Sequence record: MT465573
DNA length: 40,282 nucleotides
Source: Escherichia phage P1723
Strand: one strand, 5' to 3'
In this document: in pieces, positions 18,061 through 28,087 of the stretch
Layout of the letters: each line of letters opens with the position of its first letter
Numbering within the stretch: position 1 is the first letter of the stretch
Position numbers and translations under genes: made by a program
The notes under the pieces: model-generated
The model's input: only the letters and a program-made list of their open reading frames with translations
What the model was told of the DNA's origin: nothing
Database searches by the model: none

Positions 18061-18986
18061 GCTTAATGACACTTAAGGACTTCTACGACTACCGAAATAC
18101 TCAGCCACGAGAGAAGGGACTACTGGTCATGGATGGTGACTGGCTGGTGTTCCAAGCTATGTCTGCGGCTGAGTTCGACGCTTCGTGGGAAGAGGAGATT
18201 TGGCAGCGTTGTTGTGACCACGCCAAGGCTCGTGAGTTCCTGTTCAGCTCTATCGAGACCTATCGTACCCGTAAGAAAGGCTGGGCAACTGCCAAGATTG
18301 TCCTTGCGTTCACTGACTCAATCAACTGGCGTAAGGTCCTCGTTGACGAGAACTACAAGTCCAACCGAAAGGCCACGAAGAAACCTGTAGGTTACTTTGA
18401 GTTCCTCGAAGCGTTATTCAATAACCCTGACTATATATGCATCCGAGAGGACAAACTCGAAGGTGATGACGTTATGGGTATACTTGGTTCAGGTCACTCC
18501 GAGTTTGGCTTCGATAAGGCTGTATTGGTCTCCTGTGACAAGGACTTTAAGACCATACCTAACGTGGACTTCCTGTGGTGTACGACTGGTAACATCCTCG
18601 TGCAGGACCTTAAGTCTGCCGACTTCTGGCACCTCTATCAGACCATCAAGGGCGATATTACTGATGGTTACGGTGGGATTCCGGGATGGGGCGATACGGC
18701 TGAAGAGTTCCTGAATGAACCGTTCTTCACGGAACCCGTAACGTCTATCCTTAAGTCCGGCAAGAACAAAGGACAGGAGGTGACTAAGTGGGTCAAGTCG
18801 GACCCGGATGGTCGGAGTTTGTGGGAGTGCATTGTAAGCATCGCGGCTAAGGCTGGTATGGATGAAGATGGTGTAATCGCTCAGGCGCGTATGGCTCGCA
18901 TCTTGCGATTCGAAGAGTATAACTTTATTGACAAGGAGATTTACTTATGGAACCCACCATCATCCTCAAGTACGTCAGCATTCTGA
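18057..18986 (+). CDS. 6: 5'-3' exonuclease, gene 6
   Basis: GLLVMDGDWLVFQAMSAAEFDASWEEEIW.RCCDHAKAR, LEGDDVMG, CDKDFKTIPN.DFLWCTTGNIL matches T7 gp6. Confidence 0.95.
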   Translation: MSLMTLKDFYDYRNTQPREKGLLVMDGDWLVFQAMSAAEFDASWEEEIWQRCCDHAKAREFLFSSIETYRTRKKGWATAKIVLAFTDSINWRKVLVDENYKSNRKATKKPVGYFEFLEALFNNPDYICIREDKLEGDDVMGILGSGHSEFGFDKAVLVSCDKDFKTIPNVDFLWCTTGNILVQDLKSADFWHLYQTIKGDITDGYGGIPGWGDTAEEFLNEPFFTEPVTSILKSGKNKGQEVTKWVKSDPDGRSLWECIVSIAAKAGMDEDGVIAQARMARILRFEEYNFIDKEIYLWNPPSSSSTSAF

Positions 18987-19063
18987 TTTTCATGGGCGGC
19001 TTAGCTAAGTGCCTGTGGTCTGCAAGCTGGTTAGCGTACAAATGGCTGACCGAGCCTAAGTAA
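18947..19063 (+). CDS. Small hydrophobic ORF (38 aa; gene 6.3 position)
   Basis: ATG overlapping the gene 6 3' end; MEPTIILKYVSILIFMGGLAKCLWSASWLAYKWLTEPK; similar size and position to T7 gp6.3. Confidence 0.35.
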   Translation: MEPTIILKYVSILIFMGGLAKCLWSASWLAYKWLTEPK

Positions 19064-19083
19064 CTGATTATAGGGTCTTTGTG

Positions 19084-19106
19084 TATTAACCCACACTATA
19101 GGGAGA
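19084..19106 (+). promoter_or_regulatory. Phage RNAP promoter (phi6.5-like)
   Basis: TATTAACCCACACTATAGGGAGAG, +1 G at 19101. Confidence 0.8.
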
Positions 19107-19193
19107 GTACACTTAAAGACCCTATTGTAAGCTACTTAAAGTTCTATTTAAGAGTTTATGATTATGTATTACCAATAACTTAAGGAGGACTTT

Positions 19194-19436
19194 ATGTCAC
19201 TCAAGCCTATCCAGCACATCTTAGAGAATCCTAATGATGTACCTGACGTACCACGTTTGGTCAAGGAGTATCTACAAGTTGTGCTTAACTACTCGTATCT
19301 CTCCAAGTCTAACAAGCTGGAGACCTTGAGAGCCTCTGGGTTCTCTGAGGCATACATCGCTGGCTTCATTGCTGGCTGTGAGCATGGGTCTCTGGTAATT
19401 GACATGATGGAGATTCGCAACAACCGGGAGGACTAA
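19194..19436 (+). CDS. 6.5: Gene 6.5 protein (80 aa)
   Basis: ATG with AAGGAGG RBS downstream of the phi6.5 promoter; T7 gp6.5 size class. Confidence 0.7.
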   Translation: MSLKPIQHILENPNDVPDVPRLVKEYLQVVLNYSYLSKSNKLETLRASGFSEAYIAGFIAGCEHGSLVIDMMEIRNNRED

Positions 19437-19438
19437 CT

Positions 19439-19672
19439 ATGTGTTTCTCACCTAAAGTTAAGATGCCTAAACAAGAGGTCACCCAACGTGCAATTGACCC
19501 AGCCCCATTGACCGCTGAGAATACTCAGGGTGTTGAGTTCGGAGGCCAAGCACCGGAGGACGATAAGTCAACCTCTGAGACAGGCGTTAAGTCTGCAACC
19601 ATCAATAAGACCACTAGTGGGTCTGGTGGTATCCGAGCGGCTATCAAGGCCAAAACATCAACTAAGAAATAA
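19439..19672 (+). CDS. 6.7: Gene 6.7 virion protein (77 aa)
   Basis: MCFSPKVKMPK... matches the T7 gp6.7 N-terminus MCFSPKIKTPK; GGGAGG RBS. Confidence 0.75.
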   Translation: MCFSPKVKMPKQEVTQRAIDPAPLTAENTQGVEFGGQAPEDDKSTSETGVKSATINKTTSGSGGIRAAIKAKTSTKK

Positions 19673-19682
19673 GGAGACCATC

Positions 19683-19970
19683 ATGGGATTCGGTTCATCT
19701 TTCAAGAAAGCCTTTAAGAAGGTACGTAAAGCCGTCACACGCCCGGTTAAACAAGTAGCTGGAGCTGTGGGTCTTGGTGCCCAACCTACCGCCCCTGAGA
19801 TTGCTCAACAGGAGGTTATTCCACCTGCGGCTGCGGTAGAGGTAGCAACCCCAACGACCACCGAAACGGAGACCGATGCGAGCACCGAAAGTGACCGTAA
19901 GAAGGCCCGAGCTGGTGGTAAGAAGTCGCTGAGTGTATCCCGCTCTGGTGGCGGTGGCATCAACCTGTAA
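19683..19970 (+). CDS. 7.3: Gene 7.3 tail/virion protein (95 aa)
   Basis: RPVKQVAG...SDRKKARAGGKKSLSVSRSGGGGINL matches T7 gp7.3; ATG at 19683 with AAGGAGA RBS (tool ORF extended to 19530). Confidence 0.75.
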   Translation: MGFGSSFKKAFKKVRKAVTRPVKQVAGAVGLGAQPTAPEIAQQEVIPPAAAVEVATPTTTETETDASTESDRKKARAGGKKSLSVSRSGGGGINL

Positions 19971-19985
19971 ACCGGGAGGTGACCA

Positions 19986-21608
19986 ATGGCTACTCAAAAG
20001 CGTGAAGGGTTTGCAGCTAACGGGGCCAAGACGGTTTATGACCGATTGAGCAACGACCGCGCACCTTATATCACTCGTGCGGAGAACTGTGCGGTAGTAA
20101 CGATTCCCTCGTTGTTCCCTAAGGACTCCGACAACTCGTCTACCGATTATGCTACTCCGTGGCAGTCCGTAGGTGCCCGAGGGTTAAACAACCTAGCGTC
20201 CAAGTTGATGCTGGCCTTGTTCCCGATGCAGACGTGGATGAAGCTGACCATTAGTGAATATGAAGCTAAGCAGCTACTCGAAGACCCAGCGGCACTCGCT
20301 AAGGTTGACGAGGGTCTCTCGATGGTCGAGCGTGTCATCATGAACTACATGGAATCCAATAGTTACCGAGTGACTCTCTTTGAGGCACTAAAGCAACTGG
20401 TGGTATCCGGTAACACACTGCTCTTCCTGCCCGATCCTGAGTCTGGTAAGTATAACCCTATGAAGCTCTACAGGTTGGGTGCTTACGTTGTTCAACGAGA
20501 TGCCTACGGTAACGTATTGCAAATCGTAACACGCGACCAGATTGCGTTTGGTGCCCTTCCTGAGGATGTCCGTAAGACTGTGGTGGCTAACAGCGGTGAC
20601 AAGGAAGGTGAAGAGGTAATCGACGTGTATACTCACATCTACCTTGACGACGAATCTGGTGACTTCTTGAAGTACGAAGAGGTTGATGGAGTCGAACTCG
20701 ATGGGACCGATGCACAATACCCAACGACTGCCTGTCCGTATATTCCGATTCGAATGGTACGCATCGACGGTGAGTCTTATGGTCGATCCTATTGTGAAGA
20801 GTATCTGGGAGACCTCAAGTCCCTAGAGAATATCCAAGAGGCTATCATTAAGTTCGCTATGATTAGCTCCAAGGTAATCGGTCTGGTAAACCCAGCAGGT
20901 ATCACACAGCCTCGTCGTCTCACAAAGGCGGCTACTGGTGACTACGTTCCGGGTATTCGTGCAGACATTGACTTCCTGCAACTTGAGAAGACTGCCGACT
21001 TTACGATTGCCAAGAGTATTGCCGACCAGATTGAAGGTCGCTTGTCGTTTGCCTTTATGCTTAACAGTGCGGTTCAACGTACTGGCGAGCGAGTGACTGC
21101 CGAAGAGATTCGATACGTTGCGTCTGAACTAGAAGATACCTTAGGTGGTGTCTATTCTATTCTGTCTCAGGAACTCCAATTGCCTCTGGTACGAGTCTTA
21201 TTGACTCAACTTCAAGCTACGCAACAGATTCCTGAGTTACCTGCCGAAGCCGTAGAGCCGACCATTAGTACTGGTCTGGAAGCTATTGGTCGCGGTCAGG
21301 ACATGAATAAGATTGAGCAGTTCATCAACGCATGTGCTGGCCTTGGCGCTCTCGCTCAGGACCCGGACCTCAACCTGTACAACCTTAAGCTGCGCATTGC
21401 GAACTCTATTGGTCTGGATACCACAGGTCTCCTTATGTCCGAAGAAGAGAAGCAAGCTGCTATGGCTCAACGTGGTATGGAAACGGCTACTCAAAGTATG
21501 GCTGCTGCTGGTGGCGCTGGTATGGCTCAACAGGCTACCGCAAGTCCAGAGGCGATGGCTAACGCTGCCGACACTGTAGGGATGCAACCGGGAATGCCGG
21601 GAGCGTAA
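19986..21608 (+). CDS. 8: Portal (head-tail connector) protein, gene 8
   Basis: 540 aa; long stretches identical to T7 gp8 (PWQSVGARGLNNLASKLMLALFPMQTWMKLTISEYEAKQLL; VQRTGERVTAEEIRYVASELEDTLGGVYSILSQELQLPLVRVLL). Confidence 0.97.
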   Translation: MATQKREGFAANGAKTVYDRLSNDRAPYITRAENCAVVTIPSLFPKDSDNSSTDYATPWQSVGARGLNNLASKLMLALFPMQTWMKLTISEYEAKQLLEDPAALAKVDEGLSMVERVIMNYMESNSYRVTLFEALKQLVVSGNTLLFLPDPESGKYNPMKLYRLGAYVVQRDAYGNVLQIVTRDQIAFGALPEDVRKTVVANSGDKEGEEVIDVYTHIYLDDESGDFLKYEEVDGVELDGTDAQYPTTACPYIPIRMVRIDGESYGRSYCEEYLGDLKSLENIQEAIIKFAMISSKVIGLVNPAGITQPRRLTKAATGDYVPGIRADIDFLQLEKTADFTIAKSIADQIEGRLSFAFMLNSAVQRTGERVTAEEIRYVASELEDTLGGVYSILSQELQLPLVRVLLTQLQATQQIPELPAEAVEPTISTGLEAIGRGQDMNKIEQFINACAGLGALAQDPDLNLYNLKLRIANSIGLDTTGLLMSEEEKQAAMAQRGMETATQSMAAAGGAGMAQQATASPEAMANAADTVGMQPGMPGA

Positions 21609-21615
21609 CAAATTG

Positions 21616-21638
21616 CATTAACCCACACTATAGGGAGA
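21616..21638 (+). promoter_or_regulatory. Phage RNAP promoter (phi9-like)
   Basis: TGCATTAACCCACACTATAGGGAGACC, +1 at 21633; extended TGCATTAACCC form shared by the late promoters. Confidence 0.8.
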
Positions 21639-21717
21639 CCACTGGTTTGAAATGAGTCCAGTCGAGAGGTTAGAGTCCTCAGTCTTCCCTATCGTTCAAC
21701 TTAAAGGAGTCCACTAA

Positions 21718-22641
21718 ATGGCTGAATCAAATGCTGACGTTTATGCGTCATTGGGTGTTAACAATGCGGTTATGTCAAGTAACAACATTGAGGAGCACCG
21801 ACAGAACATGTTGGAGATGGACGTTGCGGTACGTGATGGCGATGACTCTATTGAGCTTGACCAGAACGAACCAGACCTCTATCAGTCTGGCGATAAGTTT
21901 GCTTCAGAAGCAGATGAGAGCCGGATGCAGGTTCGAGTAAACGCTGAGAATGGTGAGACAACCGTTGACGGTGAAAGCACTGAGCAGACCCCTGAGGGCA
22001 CTGATGGTGAAGACGGTGAGTTTACGCCTCTGGGTGAAGTCCCAAGCGAACTAGTCGAATCATCTGAGCTGCTGGGTCAGCACGAAGAGGGCTTCCAAGA
22101 GATGGTCAATCAGGCTGCTGAGCGTGGTTTGCCTATCGAGTCCATTGCGCGTATTCAAGAAGAATATCAAGGTGATGGTCTCACGGATGCAACCTATGAG
22201 GAACTGGCTGCTGCTGGCTACTCTAAGGCTTTCGTTGACAGTTACATCAAGGGACAGGAAGCTCTCGTTGAGGGCTACGTGTCTCAGATTCGTGACCTCG
22301 CTGGCGGTGCTGAGCAGTTCGACAAGTTGATTACCCACATGGAAACCAACGACCCGGACGGCTTTGAGTCTCTCCAAGAGGCCATTATGCGCCGCGATTT
22401 GGGAACCGTTAAGGCCCTCCTGAATGCTACGGGCCAATCCCGCGCTAAGCGTTTCGGTAAACCTGCCGAACGTTCAGTGACCACTCGTGCCACTCCGAGT
22501 AAGGCCGTTACCGCTAAGGTAGAAGGCTTCGAGACACAGGCAGATATGGTCAAGGCGATGTCAGATAGCCGCTACCGCTCAGACGCAAAGTACCGCAATG
22601 AGGTAGCCGCTAAGGTTGCTGCAAGTAACTTCCATTGGTAA
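21718..22641 (+). CDS. 9: Capsid assembly (scaffolding) protein, gene 9
   Basis: 307 aa, highly acidic, same size and position as T7 gp9; AAAGGAG RBS. Confidence 0.9.
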   Translation: MAESNADVYASLGVNNAVMSSNNIEEHRQNMLEMDVAVRDGDDSIELDQNEPDLYQSGDKFASEADESRMQVRVNAENGETTVDGESTEQTPEGTDGEDGEFTPLGEVPSELVESSELLGQHEEGFQEMVNQAAERGLPIESIARIQEEYQGDGLTDATYEELAAAGYSKAFVDSYIKGQEALVEGYVSQIRDLAGGAEQFDKLITHMETNDPDGFESLQEAIMRRDLGTVKALLNATGQSRAKRFGKPAERSVTTRATPSKAVTAKVEGFETQADMVKAMSDSRYRSDAKYRNEVAAKVAASNFHW

Positions 22642-22645
22642 TTTG

Positions 22646-22668
22646 CATTAACCCACACTATAGGGAGA
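22646..22668 (+). promoter_or_regulatory. Phage RNAP promoter (phi10-like, strong late)
   Basis: TTTGCATTAACCCACACTATAGGGAGACA, +1 at 22663, upstream of the major capsid gene. Confidence 0.85.
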
Positions 22669-22773
22669 CAGAAAGTAAGACCCATAGAGCCGACCATTAG
22701 GTAGCCGACTATGGAACACTGCGAGTAAGCTCCCAACAAACACTTTCGATAAACTTATAGAAGGAGATTCAAC

Positions 22774-23814
22774 ATGGCAAACGCAACTGGTGGACAGCAG
22801 ATTGGTACTAACCAAGGTAAAGGTCAATCCGCAGCAGACAAACTGGCTCTGTTCCTGAAGGTATTCGCAGGTGAAGTACTGACCGCGTTTACTCGTGCAT
22901 CCGTGACCGCTAACCGACATATGGTTCGCTCCATTGCTTCCGGTAAATCCGCGCAGTTCCCTGTGCTGGGTCGTACTCGTGCAGCCTATCTGCAACCGGG
23001 TGAGAACCTAGACGATAAACGTAAAGACATCAAGCACACCGAGAAGGTCATCAACATTGACGGTCTCCTGACTGCTGACGTTCTGATTTACGACATCGAA
23101 GACGCAATGAACCACTATGACGTTTCCGCTGAGTACACCGCACAGCTCGGTGAATCTCTGGCGATGGCTGCTGATGGCTCCGTTCTGGCTGAAGCTGCGG
23201 CTCTGTGTAACCTGCCAGCGGCCTCTGATGAGAACATCGCGGGTCTGGGTAAGCCGTCCGTACTGACTCTGGAAGGTGGCCTGAAAGACGCTCTGGAAGC
23301 TGACTCCGTGGCTCTGGGTAAAGCCCTGATTGCTGGCCTGACTCAGGCTCGCGCTAAGCTGACCTCCAACTACGTACCTGCTGGTGACCGCGTGTTCTAC
23401 ACCAAGCCGGAGTACTACTCTGCGATTCTGGCGGCCCTGATGCCTAACGCTGCTAACTATGCTGCGCTGATTGACCCGGAAACTGGTTCTATCCGTAACG
23501 TAATGGGCTTCGAGGTTGTCGAGGTTCCGCACTTCACCGCAGGTGGTGCAGGTGACGATAAGGACGATGCTCCGACCAACCAGAAACACGCATTCCCGGC
23601 TACCTCTAGCTCTACCGTTAAGGTTGCTGAGGATAACGTGGCTGGCCTGTTCCATCACCGTTCTGCGGTTGGTACTGTGAAGCTGCGTGATTTGGCTCTG
23701 GAACGTGCTCGTCGTGCCGAGTATCAGGCTGACCAGATTATCGCTAAGTACGCGATGGGTCACGGCGGTCTGCGCCCAGAAGCTGCTGGTGCACTGGTTT
23801 TCAAACTGGTGTAA
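22774..23814 (+). CDS. 10: Major capsid protein 10A
   Basis: 346 aa; MANATGGQQIGTNQGKG...KLALFLKVFAGEVLTAF...NHYDV...AKYAMGHGGLRPEAAGALVFKLV near-identical to T7 gp10A; AAGGAGA RBS. Confidence 0.98.
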   Translation: MANATGGQQIGTNQGKGQSAADKLALFLKVFAGEVLTAFTRASVTANRHMVRSIASGKSAQFPVLGRTRAAYLQPGENLDDKRKDIKHTEKVINIDGLLTADVLIYDIEDAMNHYDVSAEYTAQLGESLAMAADGSVLAEAAALCNLPAASDENIAGLGKPSVLTLEGGLKDALEADSVALGKALIAGLTQARAKLTSNYVPAGDRVFYTKPEYYSAILAALMPNAANYAALIDPETGSIRNVMGFEVVEVPHFTAGGAGDDKDDAPTNQKHAFPATSSSTVKVAEDNVAGLFHHRSAVGTVKLRDLALERARRAEYQADQIIAKYAMGHGGLRPEAAGALVFKLV

Positions 23815-23969
23815 CTCCAAGTCCTCCTCCGGTCCAATTCAGTGCTCTAATGGCTGATGCACCGGAGGTTGTCGTTGAGGAGCTTACGCCACAACAGAAA
23901 GCCGCTCGCACTCGTGCTGCAAACAGGGCTGCTAAGGCCGCTCTGGAGGCTGGCGAAACGACTAACTAA
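22774..23969 (+). CDS. 10: Minor capsid protein 10B by programmed -1 frameshift (predicted)
   Basis: Slippery G GTT TTC at 23796-23802, 4 codons before the 10A stop; the -1 frame is open for 55 codons to TAA at 23967-23969, giving a 398-aa product. Confidence 0.55.
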
Positions 23970-23973
23970 CAGA

Positions 23974-24014
23974 AACCCCTTGGGTGTCCTTCGGGATGCT
24001 TGAGGGGTTTTTTG
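23974..24014 (+). terminator. Tphi-like terminator for phage RNAP
   Basis: AACCCCTTGGGTGTCCTTCGGGATGCTTGAGGGGTTTTTTG: GC-rich hairpin plus U-run; same AACCCCTTGGG...CTTGAGGGGTTTTTTG frame as T7 Tphi. Confidence 0.85.
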
Positions 24015-24035
24015 CTTGACAACAGGAGGTGCTTT

Positions 24036-24626
24036 ATGCGCGCTTTTGATATGAACGTTGAGACAGTAGCTGAGCTGTACGCTGTGAATGACATTCTGGC
24101 TGCTATCGGTGAACCTCCAGTCTCTACCCTTGAGGGTGACGCTAACGCTGATGTAGCGAACGCCCGTCGAGTCCTCGATAAGATTAACCGTCAGGTTCAA
24201 TCACGAGGCTGGACATTTAACATTGAGGAAGGTGCTGTACTGATGCCAGATGCTTTCAGTAAACTAATTGTCTACAGCGACGACTTCCTTTCGATATTCC
24301 AAGAGGGGTCTGCGACTCCTTACGTTAACCGTGGTGGTTACGTTTATGACCGTGTGAACAAGACCGACAGGTTCGACAATAGCATCACAGTTACAATGAT
24401 TAAACTTCGTGACTACGATGAGATGCCTGAGTGTTTCCGAACGTACATCGTGACCAAGGCTGCTCGTCGATTCAACAGTTCATTCTTTGGGGCCGCTGAG
24501 GTTGAGGCTATGCTGGCAGATGAGGAGCTGGAGGCCCGTCAGATGTGCATGGAGTACGAAATGGATTACGGTGTCTACAACATGCTGGATGGCGATACGT
24601 TCGTTCAGGGTCAGATTAGCCGATAA
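24036..24626 (+). CDS. 11: Tail tubular protein A, gene 11
   Basis: [39 protein letters not shown]... near-identical to T7 gp11; ATG at 24036 with GGAGG RBS (tool ORF starts at a TTG inside the terminator). Confidence 0.95.
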   Translation: MRAFDMNVETVAELYAVNDILAAIGEPPVSTLEGDANADVANARRVLDKINRQVQSRGWTFNIEEGAVLMPDAFSKLIVYSDDFLSIFQEGSATPYVNRGGYVYDRVNKTDRFDNSITVTMIKLRDYDEMPECFRTYIVTKAARRFNSSFFGAAEVEAMLADEELEARQMCMEYEMDYGVYNMLDGDTFVQGQISR

Positions 24627-24641
24627 TATAAGGAGGGCGCT

Positions 24642-27056
24642 ATGGCTCGTTTTAGTTCCACATCATTAGTAAGTCAGGCCGTTAAGAACCTCAAGAGCGG
24701 TATCAGTCAACAGCCGGAGATTCTACGATTTGCCGAGCAGGGTAGCGAACAGATTAACGGATGGTCTTCAGAGTCTGAAGGTCTCCAGAAGCGCTCTCCT
24801 ATCGTGTTCACTAAGAACCTTGGGCCTAAGGGACACATCGGGGAATATCCGTATGTCCACCTGATTAACCGAGACGAGTACGAACAGTACTATGCGTGTT
24901 TCTCTGGGAGCGACGTTAAGGTATTCGACCTGTCTGGGAAGGAGTATCTGGTCCGTGGCGACATGTCCTACATCCAGTCACCTAACCCTCGTGATGACCT
25001 GCGCATGATTACCATTGCCGACTACACCTTCATTGCAAACAACAAGAAGACTGTAGGTCGAAACACTACGGATAAGTCCAACGGTGGAACCTTCAAGGAG
25101 AAGGAGAGCGTACTTATTGTGGTACGTGGTGGTCAGTACGGTCGCAGCCTTTACGTTAACCTTAACGGTGGACAGCAAGCCAAAGTGGACCTTCCTGATG
25201 GTTCCCAGGCATCACACTCAAAGCAGACCGATGCTCAGGTGATTGCTGAGAACCTTGCCACACAGTTACGTACTAACCTCGCTAAGTTGAATAACGGCAC
25301 GTGGACGGTGACAGTTGGTCAAGGTTACATTTACATTGAGTCACCTGCTGGAGTTGACATCACGGACTTCTCGACGAAGGATGGTTACGCAGACCAGCTC
25401 ATCTACCCGGTGAGTCACTACGCTCAGACGTTCGCTAAGTTACCTCCGGTTGCCCCTGATGGCTACTTAGTGCACATCGTTGGCGATACCTCAAAGACAG
25501 CCGATGCGTACTACGTTCAGTATGACGCTGACCGTAAGGTCTGGAAGGAAGTCATTGGGTGGAACCAAGACCTAACGTTCGTCAAAGAGACAATGCCACA
25601 TGCACTGATTCGTGCGGCTGATGGTAACTTTGACCTTAAGCCTCTCGATTGGAATGACCGTAAGTCTGGGGATGATGATACCAACCCTTTCCCATCCTTC
25701 GTCGGCTCTACGATTAACGATGTGTTCTTCTATCGTAACCGTTTAGGGTTCCTTTCTGGTGAGAACGTTATTCTGTCCCGCACAGCTCGTTACTTTAACT
25801 TCTTCCCATCCAGTGTGGCTAACCTTAGTGACGATGACCCGATTGATGTGGCAGTATCGCACAACCGAGTGTCCATCCTGAAGTATGCCGTACCATTCAC
25901 TGAGGAGCTGCTCCTGTGGTCTGATGAAGCTCAGTTCACCATGAGTGCCTCTGGGGTCCTGACTAGCAAGACCATTGAATTGAACCTGACGACTCAGTTC
26001 GATGTGTATGACCGGGCGCGTCCTTACGGTATCGGGCGTAACGTCTACTTTGCATCACCACGAGCCACCTTCACGTCAATCTCACGGTATTACGCTGTGC
26101 AGGATGTGAGTGCCGTCAAGAACGCTGAGGACATGACAGCCCACGTTCCGAGCTACATCCCGAACGGTGTGTTCAACATTCATGGGTCCTCTACGGAGAA
26201 CTTCGCGAGTGTCTTAACGTCTGGTGCTGAGTCTCGCATCTACATCTACAAGTTCCTGTACCTCAACGAAGAACTCCGTCAGACCTCTTGGTCACATTGG
26301 GAGTTCGGTAGTAATGTGCGGATTCTTGCTGCAAGCTCCATCAACAGCAACATGTTCGTCATTATGGAGAACGGGGAGAATGTCTTCATGGGATACATCC
26401 CGTTCACTAAGGACACCGTGGACTTCGCTGATGAGCCATATCGAATCTATCTGGACGCTAAGGTGCCGTATACGATTCCAACGGGAACCTACAACGAGGA
26501 CTATAACGAGACCACCATCGACCTCATGACCATCTACGACATGAAGTTCGAAAAGGGAACAATTAGTTCTGTAGCTCCTGACGGTAAAGTGTGGAGATTC
26601 GAGGAGCCAGAGGTAGGTTGGAACAATGCGCCAAAGCTGGTCTACGATGGGAACCTTGAGGGTGTCAAGATGTACATTGGGTTCAACTTCGACTTCCGCT
26701 ATGTATTCAGTAAGTTCCTCATTAAGAAGACCGAAGACGATGGGACAATCTCTACCGAAGACACCGGGCGCTTACAGTTACGCCGAGCGTGGTTGAACTA
26801 TGAGAACACTGGAGCGTTTGACGTTGAGGTTGAGAACCTTAGCCGACTGTGGACCTATACGATGGGTGGGGGCCGATTAGGCTCGGACAACGTAAGGGTC
26901 GGGTGGTTGTCGTTAGGTACTGGTCAGTTCCGATTCCCTGTGGCTGGCAACGCCTTGTACAACACTGTGCGTATTCTCAGTGACCACACAACTCCACTGA
27001 ACGTTATCGGCTGTGGTTGGGAAGGTGCCTACACGTCCCGCACTTCAGGTATCTAA
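24642..27056 (+). CDS. 12: Tail tubular protein B, gene 12
   Basis: 804 aa, size and position of T7 gp12; AAGGAGG RBS. Confidence 0.93.
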   Translation: MARFSSTSLVSQAVKNLKSGISQQPEILRFAEQGSEQINGWSSESEGLQKRSPIVFTKNLGPKGHIGEYPYVHLINRDEYEQYYACFSGSDVKVFDLSGKEYLVRGDMSYIQSPNPRDDLRMITIADYTFIANNKKTVGRNTTDKSNGGTFKEKESVLIVVRGGQYGRSLYVNLNGGQQAKVDLPDGSQASHSKQTDAQVIAENLATQLRTNLAKLNNGTWTVTVGQGYIYIESPAGVDITDFSTKDGYADQLIYPVSHYAQTFAKLPPVAPDGYLVHIVGDTSKTADAYYVQYDADRKVWKEVIGWNQDLTFVKETMPHALIRAADGNFDLKPLDWNDRKSGDDDTNPFPSFVGSTINDVFFYRNRLGFLSGENVILSRTARYFNFFPSSVANLSDDDPIDVAVSHNRVSILKYAVPFTEELLLWSDEAQFTMSASGVLTSKTIELNLTTQFDVYDRARPYGIGRNVYFASPRATFTSISRYYAVQDVSAVKNAEDMTAHVPSYIPNGVFNIHGSSTENFASVLTSGAESRIYIYKFLYLNEELRQTSWSHWEFGSNVRILAASSINSNMFVIMENGENVFMGYIPFTKDTVDFADEPYRIYLDAKVPYTIPTGTYNEDYNETTIDLMTIYDMKFEKGTISSVAPDGKVWRFEEPEVGWNNAPKLVYDGNLEGVKMYIGFNFDFRYVFSKFLIKKTEDDGTISTEDTGRLQLRRAWLNYENTGAFDVEVENLSRLWTYTMGGGRLGSDNVRVGWLSLGTGQFRFPVAGNALYNTVRILSDHTTPLNVIGCGWEGAYTSRTSGI

Positions 27057-27079
27057 CAATAGGATCTCCTTGTGGTGTG

Positions 27080-27102
27080 CATTAACCCACACTATAGGGA
27101 GA
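27080..27102 (+). promoter_or_regulatory. Phage RNAP promoter (phi13-like)
   Basis: GTGCATTAACCCACACTATAGGGAGAGAC, +1 at 27097. Confidence 0.8.
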
Positions 27103-27128
27103 GACCTAATTCATAAGAGGATTACATT

Positions 27129-27536
27129 ATGTTCATTAGGAATACTGTAAGTAATGACTTTGAGTTATTCACTCCGTCACACCATGATATTATGGAAGCT
27201 AAGGCTGCTGGACATGAACCAGCTTTCCCGGATGCTACTGAATGTGTGACCTTAGACCTCTCTGGGTTCCCGCTTGCTATCGGTGGAAACTGTGGAGACC
27301 AAGTGTGGTTCGTTACGTCCGACCAAGTGTGGAGACTTAACAGACAACATAAGGTAGAGTTCTTTAAGTGTATCGTCGAATACCGTGATAGGATGCTTGC
27401 CAGCTATCCAGTTCTCTGGAACTACGTTTGGATAGGCAACAAGTCTCACATCCGGTTCCTTAAGGCTATCGGCGCTGTATTCGAAGACACATTTACAGCC
27501 GATGGTCAATTCCAACTGTTCACCATAAGGAGGTAG
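27129..27536 (+). CDS. 13: Internal virion protein A, gene 13
   Basis: 135 aa in the gp13 position after the phi13 promoter. Confidence 0.8.
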   Translation: MFIRNTVSNDFELFTPSHHDIMEAKAAGHEPAFPDATECVTLDLSGFPLAIGGNCGDQVWFVTSDQVWRLNRQHKVEFFKCIVEYRDRMLASYPVLWNYVWIGNKSHIRFLKAIGAVFEDTFTADGQFQLFTIRR

Positions 27537-27538
27537 CT

Positions 27539-28075
27539 ATGTGCTGGCCTGTGATGATTGGTATGGCGGCTATGAGCGCTGCAAGCTCGATTAAGGGTTC
27601 ATATGACACCGCGAAGATGATTGGTCAACAGACCGATGCGTCTCGTCGTCAGAACGCTGAGCTAATGAAACAGGCTCGCTGGGAGAACGCTTCGAACAAC
27701 CTAGACATCCGCTCTAAGTACGAAGAGGCTTCCAACGAGATTACAAACAACAACCTGCAAGCAATCCAGACCCAAGGTGCCGTAAGAGCCGCTATTGGTG
27801 AAGGACTGCTGGGCGGGAACTCAATGGACAGAATCCAGCGTATTACAGATGCTGAGTCCATCCGAGCTAACGCAATGGTCAACGAGAACTTCAAGCGAGA
27901 CTATCAGTCAATGTTTGCTGGTAACGTTGCCCGTCAAGACTCTGTGAACTCACAGGTTAAACTTAATCAACGCAACGAACAAAAGGGTCAGTCCAAACTG
28001 TCACAAGCACTTGGTGTTGGTCTTGCTGCTGGTTCTGGTGCACTTCAATCGTATGCTTCCAACGGGAAGAAATAA
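27539..28075 (+). CDS. 14: Internal virion protein B, gene 14
   Basis: 178 aa; AAGGAGG RBS; position and size of T7 gp14. Confidence 0.85.
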   Translation: MCWPVMIGMAAMSAASSIKGSYDTAKMIGQQTDASRRQNAELMKQARWENASNNLDIRSKYEEASNEITNNNLQAIQTQGAVRAAIGEGLLGGNSMDRIQRITDAESIRANAMVNENFKRDYQSMFAGNVARQDSVNSQVKLNQRNEQKGQSKLSQALGVGLAAGSGALQSYASNGKK

Positions 28076-28087
28076 GGAGGACTAATT

